A DNA stretch of 63,404 nt, the filler included, from Octopus bimaculoides (taxonomy: Eukaryota), in NCBI RefSeq assembly GCF_001194135.2. It is 12 parts of 11 records of this genome, joined end to end, with 100 filler letters (N's around TTAATTAATTAA, not from the genome) between each part and the next. Parts side by side here need not be neighbours in the genome. Positions count along the whole stretch, not along the records: positions 1 to 9,328 come from NC_068990.1; positions 9,429 to 11,468 come from NW_026378120.1; positions 11,569 to 12,852 come from NC_068989.1; 9 more parts are not named here. The stretch is one strand, 5' to 3'. The notes beneath the pieces are model-generated. The model searched no databases. It had not been told where the DNA came from and saw nothing but the letters and a program-made list of their open reading frames with translations. Shown here one piece after another: positions 1 to 12,546 of the stretch (its first letter is position 1; each line of letters opens with the position of its first letter). Made by a program: the position numbers and the translations under genes.

Positions 1-48
<48 letters not shown>

Positions 49-68
49 CATATTTACCGAAAGAGGGA

Positions 69-107
<39 letters not shown>

Positions 108-125
108 ATGCAGACAGACAGACAG
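1..125. repeat. (TG)n, (GA)n and (GACA)n microsatellites
   Basis: Directly visible simple repeats; they explain the ORFs at 2-278. Confidence 0.97.
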
Positions 126-1326
126 ACAGGCCATGTGTGCATACATATGTGTGTTTTTATCTATGTGCAAGGATATGTGTGCATTCCTTTTGTATGGGTG
201 TCCATGATGGGTCAAGTAAATCAAGTTAAACGATTTTGAGACAAAGAGGGAGACAAGGCTGAATAGACGAAAATACATAACTTCAATCTGTCTGATTAAA
301 TAATTAGAATGAAGAATTCAAGAATCATAACAGAATTAAAGATTCATGGCTGCTATGGTTATCGACTACAAGAAAAAGTAATTAGTACACTCATTATTCA
401 TTGTCTAATCACATTAAATAAATGCCTAGATTGATAAACACGGAAATACATTTTGACTGTGTGTGTATATGTGTGCGTATAATGTGTATGTTTATTGGGA
501 GATAAATGTTGGTGTTTTGTATGTGTTGAGTTCTGTTGAATACTTATGCATTCTGGTCATTTTACACGCATCATATTCCAGTCATTCCGAAATGGTATAA
601 CATAATTGATAATTTTTAATGAAAGGCAAAATGAACGGCCTGCAATAGCAAACAGAAAGAATCGTTAGTTTGATTTTATATTAGGAAAATCATCATGTCA
701 TACTATTAATTTAGTATCGAGGTTGATTGAGAAATAAAGCAATAAAAATATTCCTTGGAAAAGAGATACAGTAACAGATAGACAGACAGAGATACGAATA
801 AATCTCTAGATAGACAGTTATGAAATTCTTATAATCAAATCGCTAACTATTCAATAGAATTAACTTCTTCAATCTCTATTCACATATTTAGAGTAAGTTT
901 GCGTTTCGTCATACTTTTCTGAAATAAAGAATTGGCCCTAAATATGTTGATGGTAGTAGATCTGTCAGTACCTTTGAAAATAGAAATGTTGGTTGAAAAT
1001 CACTGAGAATGATTACTAAAGCATAATTCATTTTGGAAAAGACCAAAATCTCAGAAAGCGTTAGCTTCGTTCACATTTCAAAACCTTGGCATATTTTATA
1101 CTGATTCTTCTTTTTTTTTTTTTGCTTTTAGTTGTTGATTTAATTACTGTAAACAAAATTAAGAATGTCAATAGAAATTAGAATGTAGAAAGTTGCATCA
1201 TCTGCAAAACCTCTACTTCTATTGTAGGGCAATCCTTTCTGTGGATGCAATAGTGAGAACTGATTGAGCCAAAACTTATTCCAGATATTTGCTTGAAGTA
1301 CGGTTTCCCAGAAGCTTCTTCCAGTA

Positions 1327-1958
1327 CTTTACTCTTTTACTCTTTTACTTGTTCCAGTCATTTGACTGCGGCCATGCTGGACCACCGCCTTTAGTCGAGC
1401 AAATCGACCCTAGGACTTATTCTTTGTAAGCCTAGTACTTATTCTATCGGTCTCTATTGCCGAACCGCTAAGTTACGGGGACGTAAACACACCATCATCG
1501 GTTGTCNNNNNNNNNNNNNNNNNNNNNNNNNNNNNNNNNNNNNNNNNNNNNNNNNNNNNNNNNNNNNNNNNNNNNNNNNNNNNNNNNNNNNNNNNNNNNN
1601 NNNNNNNNNNNNNNNNNNNNNNNNNNNNNNNNNNNNNNNNNNNNNNNNNNNNNNNNNNNNNNNNNNNNNNNNNNNNNNNNNNNNNNNNNNNNNNNNNNNN
1701 NNNNNNNNNNNNNNNNNNNNNNNNNNNNNNNNNNNNNNNNNNNNNNNNNNNNNNNNNNNNNNNNNNNNNNNNNNNNNNNNNATATATATATGCATATATA
1801 CGACAGGCTTCTTTCAGTTTCCGTCTACCAAATCCACTCACAAGGCTTCGGTCGACCCGAGGCTATAGTAGAAGACACTTGCCCAAGGTGCCACGCAGTG
1901 GGACTGAACCCAGAATCATGTGGTTGGTAAGCAAGCTACTTATCACACAGCCACTCCT
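1327..1958 (-). mobile_element. tRNA-derived SINE, family 1, full length with an internal N gap
   Basis: Reverse complement of the copy at 25709-26105. A-box-like TGGCTGTGTGA, B-box-like GTTCAGTCCC, CCTTGGGCAAG and a (GTAAAAGA)n tail; the gap falls at the internal microsatellite. Confidence 0.9.
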
Positions 1959-2346
1959 ATAAAAACTATTTCATATTGATTAGTCATCCGTGTGACATCT
2001 ATTTAAGGTGTAAGAAGCAAGGCCTCGATTTTGGTTCAGTATTTCTTTTCAAATGTTTTCTTGTGTTCACCGAATGAAGGTTGTTGTCGGCAATGACTGT
2101 AGATGATTTAAACCATTTCAGTTGCATAATGTACAGACATCATTTGTAGCATGTTTCTAAGTGTTTATTGCTAAAGACAATTGCGATATTGTAATATTCC
2201 AAATTTAGCTCGCAATTGACAAAAAAGAAGCAATATTCGAATAAAAATATCTCAAGCTTGATTTCAGAACAAAGTTTCATATTCACATGCATGGATTTCC
2301 AGTATTAAATATCAATCTTGATAAGTCACATCATTAAAGCCGTTAC

Positions 2347-2516
2347 CTTGTAAGTTTTCGTATTGTCAACCAGCCCTTCCAGTCCTCGAAATAAACATGT
2401 TATCGTTTCGTACTGTGAAGCTGCACGTAGGTAATATCTTTTAAAATATTCAGGGTGGACATTGTTATTTTCGAAAAGAACCATGGTGGTGTTTTCTTTC
2501 AGTAGATCAACACATC
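2347..2516 (-). CDS. Candidate internal coding exon, unassigned
   Basis: Acceptor ...ttacatctacAG and donor AAG|GTAACG. 170 nt open, phase 1 to 0: (G)CVDLLKENTTMVLFENNNVHPEYFKRYYLRAASQYETITCLFRGLEGLVDNTKTYK. No family recognised. Confidence 0.4.
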
Positions 2517-4864
2517 CTGTAGATGTAACGGAGATAAGTAAATAAGTGCCTTCATAGGCACTACATCATCATCAGTTCCTCTAATATGTATTGTCATTAG
2601 AATACTTCTCGTGCTGGACTTATACATTCCACTATATTTCATATTTATTTATTTATGGGTTTCAGCCAAGTAGCTGCGGTCATGCTGGAGCACCACCGTG
2701 TTCAATTTTTCATAATGTACATCCGTGTAATGCTTCGCTTCATTTCCTCTCTTGCTGCTCATCTTGCCTGATATTTTCTAATTACAAGTCAAAAATACTT
2801 TAGTTTATTTCTCTTTCACAATATCTAATAAAATTATCTTAATTTGTCATTAATATTTCTCAATAATTTTGTGATTTGTACAGGATATTCTAAAAGATCA
2901 TCCCAATACCCACATCTGAAAGGCTTTTAATCTCTCTGATAATACTTTTATAAATTTCCATTTTGAAATTCATATATTAAAAGACAATATACAATTTTTC
3001 ATGACCTAATTCTGGCCTCCTTATTAATATTTAATGAGGTTAATATATTTTCCACCTACTTTCCGAAATGAATACCTTGCATTCTCAATAACATTTTGAC
3101 TTCGCTTCACATTTCCTATCTCTTACTAATTACATCCCGTACATATTACTTTTAGTGTCTATTCATTTAGCTCACACTCTATTATAATTATTGCTTTTTA
3201 AAGACCAGCATTCATTTTGTTTTGTATACATATATTTCTTTCGTTATTTATTGTAGTTACACATCTCAGAGTCATTTCCGTTGAAAATGAATGTCTGAAA
3301 TAGATGACGCTGATTTCGCCTATCACTCAATATGTATTGTTACGCATACGTACCTGACCACTAAATCTGAATTCTGAGGATTTCGCTTTTCACGTATTTC
3401 CACTGCTGTTAGCTTGTCCAGTTTGTCATTGCACAGAAATTACCGAAATTTTTGAAAGTAAAAATGTCACATGGATGTTTTAAAAAGTACTAAATCTAAA
3501 TGTATACATACAGTACCATTCGAAAGAAAAATTATACAAAATGATTTCTGCTTTATGGTTTCAAATTTAGAGTACTTGTGAAAAAGATGATGACAATCAG
3601 GATTTTGGATTAGTATATATTTAGATCATGGGGTAGTTACTCGCCAAAATATCAGATTTCTATCGTGTTTTTTTTTATCATTTAAGTTTTTAGTGAAATA
3701 AATTACTCACCAGTATGAAACTTAAATGGACAAACAACAATATAAAATAACAATTTTAAACTAGTACAGGCATATATTTATGCATTTAAATACGTAGATC
3801 ATTATAAGATATTATAAAGCACAACCAATGTGGAGGAGACATAAAGAAGTTAGCTGATTACATACACAATGTTTAAACAAACGGGAATATAATAGCAAAG
3901 TGACAGTATAAATATTTTAATCATATTAATTACTAAAATTTTAGAACTCCCAAGAATATTTAAATTAATGTTAAGAGATCTAATTGTACAAATGAAAGGG
4001 AAAAAAATGATGCAAGACAGTGATATAAAACAAAAAGCAAATAAACAAATAGACATTCTAAGACTTGTAAAAATAAAAGAAAACGATTTTAAGAGAATAC
4101 ATTCTGAATGATATTAAATATTTATGATGAGAATATGTAAACCAGGATGAAATATCTCCACAAATTATATAATCAAATAAATAAATAAACCGTGCATTGT
4201 TTTTACTGTGATTGCAGTTATTATAATAATGCTTTTATACGAATACAATGTGCATTTGATAAATCAGTCTATACGCATGCAAATTAAGAAATGACGTAAC
4301 CATTAATAAAATAGTTGTAGATTTTGAAAGTATATAAAGTGTGATAGATGCATAAGTGAGGTTAGAAATTGTTTTAGCTCCGATACATCATAGTATTGTC
4401 AATAGTCATATGCATATTTCCATGTAACTGCATATATACGTTGAGCATCAAGATCAATCAAACATTACTATTTATTTTTAATGATGACAGTTAATTGCTA
4501 TTAATTAACATTGGATATATAAAAGATGAGGTAATTTTTTGTTTACAGCTATTATGTATTTTCATCTCAATCTATTGATGTCATTATTGGTTAAAATAGT
4601 TTAAACATTTATGTGATCGATATTAATAAACAAGTTTGGTTCATTAATGTGATATCATTTAGTGGTTATTGACATATAATGTAGAAATGTTTTAACGGTT
4701 AAGAGTTTGGAGTAATTATAAGAGAACTAATAACGAGATTTATTAGAAATTAATGATATAGATTACAATAAAAACTAGAGTGTTACCTTTCATATGACGG
4801 GTAAGTTTGGAAATATAGCCACCACGGATAATCTTTTATCTCTATAACTTATCCTTAATGTGTT

Positions 4865-5017
4865 TTCACTTGATTCAGTCAGTGAGATGCGACCATGCTA
4901 GAACACCACTTTGACGTAAACAAACCAACACATGTTGTCAAGCGGTGACGGATAAACACACCGCAAAGGCGCACACGGGCACGCGCGCGCATGCACACAC
5001 ACTCATACATACATACG

Positions 5018-5053
<36 letters not shown>

Positions 5054-5255
5054 TGTACATATAGAGGTATATATGTATGTATATCTGCAACGGCTTTCCA
5101 CGTAGTTTCCTTCAACCAAATACACTCACAAGGCATTGGTCAGCCCGCAACTATAGTTGATGATCCTTACAGAAGTTGCCGTGCAGTGTCGCTGAATCTG
5201 AAACCACGGGGTTTACAATGCGAACTTCTTAATTACACGCTTAAGCCTGCGCAGT
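4865..5255 (-). mobile_element. SINE family 1, diverged copy
   Basis: Similar to the 25709-26105 copy across head, internal (TACA)n/(TA)n tract and 3' part. Confidence 0.8.
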
Positions 5256-5649
5256 AAACTGCCATAAGCACAACTATCTAAAGAGCCACGCCTGCGTGTA
5301 CGAAGAAATATGGCATATATACAATGATTATAGTTTAGTTTTTATCAAATTTCTTAGTTCTTATACAAAATGATGAAATGAAAGCTAATTTTCAAAAGAA
5401 AAATATTTATTACATTAAAATTAATTAAAACAAAATTTTCATTAGTATAGCTCCTCCCATAATTAGTTTGTGATTTACTCTTTTCTTCTCTTTTTCTAAG
5501 TTTCCTTCCCCTCTCAGTGTAAATAGCGATCCTTTACTCATTGCCTGCCTCAAATCTAGTCTGTGCACTAATTCAGCGCGCTCGTTATCTCTCATTACTC
5601 TTCTCATCCAATCTGTTTGGTGTAAAGGATACTGTGAAGAAAATCGACC

Positions 5650-5780
5650 AATTAGCCAACCAAACAGCCAGCCAACCAACCAACCAACCAACCGACCAAC
5701 CAGCCAACCAACCCACCAACCAGCCAACCAACCAACCAAACAACCAACCAACCAACCAACCAACCAACCAACCAACCAAC
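5650..5780. repeat. (AACC)n tetranucleotide microsatellite
   Basis: Visible; source of the VGWL-repeat ORFs. Confidence 0.95.
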
Positions 5781-6106
5781 ATATATATGGTCTATTAATG
5801 CATGGCAGGATATAAGATTAATAAAGCCTGTTGAAATTCAAAGCTGTTTATATACGCGTGCAAAAAGGAATACGCATAGCTTTGAATTTATTCAGATAAT
5901 GTATTATAATGTATGTATATGTTGAAATGTAGAAGTTAATAATGTATAAGGAATGATAGAATATTAACATATCATAATGTACATTTCAGTTCATTTAGAA
6001 TACTCGCAAAGATTCGGCTACATATTAATTTAATTTAACCGGATATAACAATATATTACTGAGCTTACAGCATTATCCCTACATAAGGTATATGGGTGTG
6101 TATATG

Positions 6107-6137
<31 letters not shown>

Positions 6138-6276
6138 ATGTATGTGTATGTGTGGTTGTGCATATACAAATATAAATGCGTATATATATCATATACATCT
6201 CTCTCTCTCTCTCTATCTATCTATGTATCTATATATATATAATATATAATATATATATATGATATATACATACACA

Positions 6277-6317
<41 letters not shown>

Positions 6318-6354
6318 ACACACACACACACAAACATATATGTATATTTATAAG

Positions 6355-6495
6355 CGCAGGCGTGGCTATGTGGTAAGAAGTTTGCATCTCAAACACATGG
6401 TTCCGTGTTCACTCCCATTGCGTGGCACCCTGGGCGTCTCGGGCCAAAACTTTGCGAGTGGATTTGGTAGACGGAAACTCAAAGAAGCCTGTCAC
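6355..6495 (+). mobile_element. SINE family 1, 5' half
   Basis: GGCGTGGCTATGTGGTAAGAAG...CCCATTGCGTGGCACC...GGATTTGGTAGACGGAAACT matches the family head. Confidence 0.85.
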
Positions 6496-6500
6496 ATATA

Positions 6501-6640
6501 TCTTATATATAAATGGCAATTTCTATCTGTCTGTCTGTCCGTCTGTCTGTTACCGTCTTGGTGCCCAAGCCAGTGAACCAATCTTCAAACTTTGTTGAAT
6601 TTACATCCAGTTCAATTACAGGCTAATTGGATTTCAATAA
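6501..6640 (+). mobile_element. Helitron-like 5' end fragment
   Basis: A|TCTTATATATAAATGGCAA followed by (TCTG)n, resembling the 5' end at 6820; no 3' end identified. Confidence 0.4.
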
Positions 6641-6819
6641 AAATGGATAATGGACCGACTACGGGGGTTGGGCTATTACATGATAAACTGAGAGGGGTGC
6701 AAAAGTGTTAGGTTCAGGGAGATGTGGCATAATGAGAGTGGGAAGGTGAGGATACAGGAAGAGATAGACACACAAGGAATGTGAGAGATAGACAGAACGA
6801 CAGTCAGTGACATATTCCA

Positions 6820-8243
6820 TCATATATATTAAAAGGCAAGTTGTCTGTCTGTGTGTGTGTATTGTGCGAACCACTTCTACTCCTACAATTTTCAACCGAA
6901 TTTCATCAAATTTGACGTGTGCTCTCTTTGACTTACGTCGCTTTTTCTTATAATTTTTTCCTCGAAATTCCCCGCCATAACATAAATAAACTACTCTCAA
7001 TTCGCCTAGGATTTGGCTTGAGCCAGCAAAAAAACAAAAACAAAAAAAAACGTGATACACACCAAGCTGGAAAAAATCAATACTTTACTTTGTCAGCTAT
7101 GACAAGCTCTTATGGACTGCAGGTACAGTACTGCCAGCAGTATTCATTTGCGAGTTACGATTTGCCTCTGTTTTCATGTGAGCGCTCTTTTTCATATAAT
7201 TCGAATTTAAACTAGCCGCTTCAAATCTAACCCAAAATTAAAAAATCCTTAATTCGGTCTGTTTGATTAACATTTTTGCCAACTACATATTACTATTTTT
7301 GGGGTGCTACACATTCACCGCTTTTTCCTTGCGACTTTTTCTAATGCGTAAACTGAAAATTATCCACCATGCCTCAACGCAAAAGATCCGATATAGGTCG
7401 GCAAACAAATGCTGCAAAGAAAAGTAAACGTATGCGTGCAAATGTATCTGCCGAGGACGCCGCAAGGAGGAACTCTCTCAATGCACTTAGGATGGCTTCA
7501 GCGCGAAGAAGAGAAAGTGAAGAGCAGCGTTGTGATCGGTTAGCACGTATTGCTGTGCAACAAGCCGCCCAGAGCAACGAGCAAAGTACCTCACGCCGAA
7601 CAAGAAATACTTCCTCTACTGCTGCTGCACGAGCTTCAGAGACTGCAGTACGACGCGCAAATCAACTTACAAGAGATGCTGCAGCAACTGCTGCTGCGCG
7701 CGCTACGGAAACTGCAGAGGAAAGACAACAATGACTGGAGGCTACATCTCAGCGAAGGGCTACACAACGTTCCTACTCAAGGCTATGCTGCTCGCGTTGG
7801 TCAATGACAGCATTCAACTACGATCCTACAATTGACTACCGTAATCACCCTGACGTTCAAATAGGCTGTATGTCCACAATCTGCCAATTATGGCCTGGAG
7901 AAACTCCCGGCATGTGCTGCTCCAGCGGTAAGATTACAGTACTTCTTCTACAAGATCCTCCACCCCTTTTGATTGATATTTTGACAGGGGCGTCTCATTG
8001 TTCTCATGGCTTTCTCAAATGGATACGTGACTACAACTGCGCGTTCCAAATGAGTCCCTTCGGCGCCAACATCATACGAGATGAGCCTTTAATGCCTTCC
8101 TTTAAAGTGCAGGGGCAGATTTGCCGAAGAATCGATTCCCAACATCTGCATGACGCTGCCTCGCCTCAGTTTCTTCGTAGTAGACCACGCTGACCAGGCA
8201 TACTTAACAAACAGCACCAGGCAAGGCCGGGTACGCCTCCTAG
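6820..8243 (+). mobile_element. Internally deleted Helitron with both termini
   Basis: 5' A|TC (6819/6820), 3' CTAG|T (8243/8244), subterminal hairpin ACCAGGC-AAG-GCCGGGT, and RepHel N-terminal coding sequence inside. Confidence 0.85.
7369..8193 (+). pseudogene. Helitron RepHel N-terminal region with one internal stop
   Basis: ORFs 7369-7734 and 7804-8193 share a frame, separated only by TGA at 7732-7734. Motifs AFNYDP..IDY, GETPGMCCSSGK, YNCAFQMSPFGA and PSFKVQGQI are typical of Helitron RepHel N-termini. No Rep or helicase core. Confidence 0.85.
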
Positions 8244-8244
8244 T

Positions 8245-8263
8245 ATGTATAAAAGAGAGTTTT

Positions 8264-8313
<50 letters not shown>

Positions 8314-9288
8314 AACACACATCTTCACTTACTCACTTTTTCTCTCCTTCTCTTTCTCTTACGAACACGCACGCACGCATAGACACACGCATACACACGT
8401 TCATTTCATATACATGTATGTACATTTCACTTTCTCTTCTCTTTCACTTTCTGCTCTCACTTCAGAGTAAATGTCACAGTTTCACATTCTCTTCTCTTTC
8501 AGTTTCTTCTCTCTTCAAAGCATAAACAAATAGAAAAAATTTACGGAAATTAGAAAACTGATTTGCCGATTTTGACGTATGAGGTAGCAAAAGATTCAAT
8601 AATCTTTCGTCAAGCAAATAAATTTTATTTTGGTTTATATATTTGCATTACAAAAATTTAACATTATAATCTTTCTATAATTGAACTATCCTAAACGACA
8701 TTTTATACCTCGACGTCGGCGACGACGTCATCTTTTCTATATGAGTGTGTAAAAGACATTCATTTCTCTAAATGTTATGAGGAAATGCAGTTACTAATTT
8801 TTCTCTCACATATACACGCACACATACATACAAACATATGCATGTATATGCATTTCTGTACGTGTGTATGAAAGATAATATTTGTGAGAGAGAGGGAGAG
8901 AGAGGGAGAGAGAGAGCTAGTAAGTGTTTATTTACACGTACATGCAAAAATATAGATACATGACAGCACACACTCACTCTCCTTCTTTCCCTCTCTCTCA
9001 CACACACGCACGAATACATGCACACACACGCGCACATACACACATCCATTTCATATACACGTATATTCATCTTTCACTTTCTCCTCATTTGCATTTTCTA
9101 CTCTCACTTCAAAACAAATAACGCCTTTTCCCTTTCTCTTCTCTTCCAATTTCTGCTCTCTTGAAAAAATTAAGAAATAATAAATTTTTACGAAAATTAG
9201 CGAACAGTCATATGATCGACCATATGATCGAGTTGGCAACTTTCCGGCTTCAAAAGAAAGAATGCCATAAAATAACTTCTTTTGGCAC

Positions 9289-9328
<40 letters not shown>
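8245..9328. repeat. Two diverged, mutually similar microsatellite-rich repeat units (about 8245-8740 and 8860-9300)
   Basis: Shared CT-rich blocks (CATTTCATATAC..., CTCTCACTTCA..., AAATTT(T)ACG(G/A)AAATTAG). Confidence 0.55.
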
Positions 9329-9428
9329 NNNNNNNNNNNNNNNNNNNNNNNNNNNNNNNNNNNNNNNNNNNNTTAATTAATTAANNNNNNNNNNNNNNNN
9401 NNNNNNNNNNNNNNNNNNNNNNNNNNNN
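9329..9428. other. Synthetic 100-bp scaffold spacer, first of 11
   Basis: 44 N + TTAATTAATTAA + 44 N; also at 11469, 12853, 20408, 24583, 27043, 38763, 48646, 52368, 59777 and 61671. Confidence 0.97.
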
Positions 9429-10125
9429 TTACAGCAGGGTATAATTTATCATTTGCAAGAGTAATAATATTTTCTGGTGATGTAGCACAGTCTTTTTTCA
9501 CGTAATGTTTTTGTTGGTTAATTGTTAAAGTAGGTGTCCATGTGGGTATATAACTACTCACGTAAGAATACGTATCAGAATCATCAGAAAGGTCATATGA
9601 TTGGGTTATTGACCCAGCAATATCGTTCTTTTGGAAAGGAATAGAGTCTTGTACCCATGAGTTTTCCGTATGAGATATATTCAGGTCTTTTGAGATGGAA
9701 TCCTTCAGGGTAGAACTTAAATCGTGAGCTTGCGTTAGATCATTCGCGATAGAATCTCGCAAGCATGACAACTTGTTGCTCACTAGCGATACTTTATAGG
9801 AAGAAGCCTGTCGATTTCTAAAGTTTGTGTCTTGACAATGTTCTTCCTTCGTCCACTTGTCTGTAATATCTCCAACTGAAGGTTGGCGTATGAATATATC
9901 CAACATATCTCTAGAGAGCTCTTTGTTGTATTCGTTCAAGTTTTCTGCTGATTTAGTCTCTTCTTCTGTTGGTATATTGTCACTTGTTTCGTCATGACAA
10001 CATCTTATTGAGGAAGAACTATCAATTTCACCGGAATGTTTGCCACCGTCTTCAGAGGAAATCTGCATCAGTTTCCCAGTCGCTGTTGCTAAATGTTGCT
10101 GCAAATTGTGAATCAGAAGTTCTTT
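9429..10125 (-). CDS. Large unassigned exon encoding a Ser/Thr/Asp/Glu-rich, probably disordered region; 3' side cut by a spacer gap
   Basis: Polypyrimidine tract plus TTTTAG acceptor (AG at 10127-10126), phase 0. 232 stop-free non-repetitive codons (KELLIHNLQQHLATATG...NDKLYPAV) in AT-rich DNA; no TE motifs. Confidence 0.7.
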
Positions 10126-11664
10126 CTAAAAATATAACAAGAGAAACTAATAAACAAAATTTTAGCAACACATTAATTGTCATTGACATAGTTATAGGAG
10201 ATTTAGCAATAGTTATAGGAAAGTTAGGTGGAATAAGATGAAATTTTAGTTTTGTATCAGTACATGAAACACAGATATCAAGCCAATGGGAGACACGCTA
10301 CACGCTAGTACAGCTGCAAAGGTTCTACGAATATACTCTGCAGTCTTAAAGACGGAAAGGATATATTTGATAATTGCAATCCTAGATACTCCTTAAAAAG
10401 ATAAGATAATCAGATTTCGAATACCTCTGACCATAGACCTTCTGTGGAAAGGTTGATCTGTAACTAAACAACTACAAAAAGCAACCATAATACCAACACA
10501 GAGACAGTAACTGAGAATTTATATTACATACCAGCATGGCGGGAAGGGTTGTAGTTGATAGGTATTGAAGTGAGTTTGACTGCATGGAGATACAATGAAG
10601 TGCATGTGAGCGAGTTCATCGGTCTATAGGTTGATTATTGGAAAGGAAACAGATCGTGTTTTTAGGTGAAGGCCTGTATCACGGTTCTTCAATTCTGTGT
10701 NNNNNNNNNNNNNNNNNNNNNNNNNNNNNNNNNNNNNNNNNNNNNNNNNNNNNNNNNNNNNNNNNNNNNNNNNNNNNNNNNNNNNNNNNNNNNNNNNNNN
10801 NNNNNNNNNNNNNNNNNNNNNNNNNNNNNNNNNNNNNNNNNNNNNNNNNNNNNNNNNNNNNNNNNNNNNNNNNNNNNNNNNNNNNNNNNNNNNNNNNNNN
10901 NNNNNNNNNNNNNNNNNNNNNNNNNNNNNNNNNNNNNNNNNNNNNNNNNNNNNNNNNNNNNNNNNNNNNNNNNNNNNNNNNNNNNNNNNNNNNNNNNNNN
11001 NNNNNNNNNNNNNNNNNNNNNNNNNNNNNNNNNNNNNNNNNNNNNNNNNNNNNNNNNNNNNNNNNNNNNNNNNNNNNNNNNNNNNNNNNNNNNNNNNNNN
11101 NNNNNNNNNNNNNNNNNNNNNNNNNNNNNNNNNNNNNNNNNNNNNNNNNNNNNNNNNNNNNNNNNNNNNNNNNNNNNNNNNNNNNNNNNNNNNNNNNNNN
11201 NNNNNNNNNNNNNNNNNNNNNNNNNNNNNNNNNNNNNNNNNNNNNNNNNNNNNNNNNNNNNNNNNNNNNNNNNNNNNNNNNNNNNNNNNNNNNNNNNNNN
11301 NNNNNNNNNNNNNNNNNNNNNNNNNNNNNNNNNNNNNNNNNNNNNNGACTCCGTAGATATTCTATGGTTTAATTAAAAACGACTATTAACTATTAACGAC
11401 TAATGTGACAGGTGTGCGCACATATACGAACACGCTCACTCTCTCACACACATGCAGCTAATTGTGTGNNNNNNNNNNNNNNNNNNNNNNNNNNNNNNNN
11501 NNNNNNNNNNNNTTAATTAATTAANNNNNNNNNNNNNNNNNNNNNNNNNNNNNNNNNNNNNNNNNNNNGCATGAATATAAGTAAAACTTAAGTGACATCG
11601 GTTATATAATGTTGATTATATGTTGGATGTTAGTTTCGTATGTTGACGCAAGGTTAGTAAATTC

Positions 11665-11836
11665 GGGGAGGGGTTTAGTAATTTACATTGATCCCAGTGC
11701 TCAACTGGTTCTTATTTTAACGACCCCGATGTGACAAAAAGGAAGGTCGACCCTGGAGGAATAAGAACTCAGAACGTAAAAACAGATGCTGCTAAGCATT
11801 TTGCTCGGCGTGCTAACGATTCTGCCAGTTCAACGC
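11665..11836 (-). mobile_element. tRNA-derived SINE, family 2
   Basis: Reverse complement gives TGGCAGAATCGTTAGCACGCCG...GTTCTGAGTTC...GGTCGACC...GGGGTCG; homologous to 13052-13272. Confidence 0.8.
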
Positions 11837-11994
11837 TTTATATTCATTTTATATACCTCTATTATAGGCAATGGAATTAATATCGGATTAAAATCGCTAC
11901 CTGTGCAGCATGTATCGCACTTAATGTCAGTGTATCGTGGGATGGAAATTTAGTGGTATTTGTCAGTGATAACATACCTAATGGACATGTTGTG

Positions 11995-12003
11995 TATAAA
12001 AGG
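11995..12003 (+). promoter_or_regulatory. Possible TATA box upstream of the esterase gene
   Basis: TATAAAAGG, then a possible donor GAG|GTGAGC at 12048 and the strong acceptor before 12517. Motif evidence only. Confidence 0.25.
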
Positions 12004-12546
12004 CTCAAAATATTTAATGGAAGGTGATGAATTTCACCCCAGCAGAGGTGAGCAAGAATACCAGGTGCATTTCATTCTCATTGAGTTATATTTAATGAAG
12101 TGTACTTAAAACTAGCAATATGCTAGACGAAATTTGTCGCTTCCGATTTGAAGAAAAGTAGTGCATAAACGTTCACTAGTACTTCGTTTCCTTCCTGGTC
12201 ATCTGAGGTGATCAAAGACTCCACGCTCATCTCTTTGACTGAAAACTGTGCATGAACACGCAGATGCAAACACACATATGCACGCACACACACATACACA
12301 CATACACACATATACACAAATCCACGCGCACATACATCCACACACACATACGCACACTTAAAAATAAATAAATAGATATGTTTACATAGGATAAATTTAC
12401 ACAGCAGCATACGTATATATATGTTCTCTTGTGATATAATGTGGCATTCGAAGGTAAACGAAAATTAATCCATTTTGCCTCAAGACTCATTCAAACATTC
12501 TTTTTCTTTCTTTCAGAATTTCCTTAACAGTTGAGTCATTCATATC

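Noticed and set aside
1130-1326. Minus-strand frame containing FADD (possible RT relic or exon)
   Set aside because: Single short motif with no other RT motifs or splice support.
1454-1930. ORFs running through N gaps (also 10638-11376, 27095-27742, 53543-54536)
   Set aside because: Artefacts of translating N as X.
10530-10700. Possible upstream exon (donor GCTG|GTATGT) for the 9429-10125 exon
   Set aside because: Open frames end in phases incompatible with the phase-0 acceptor; acceptor unclear.
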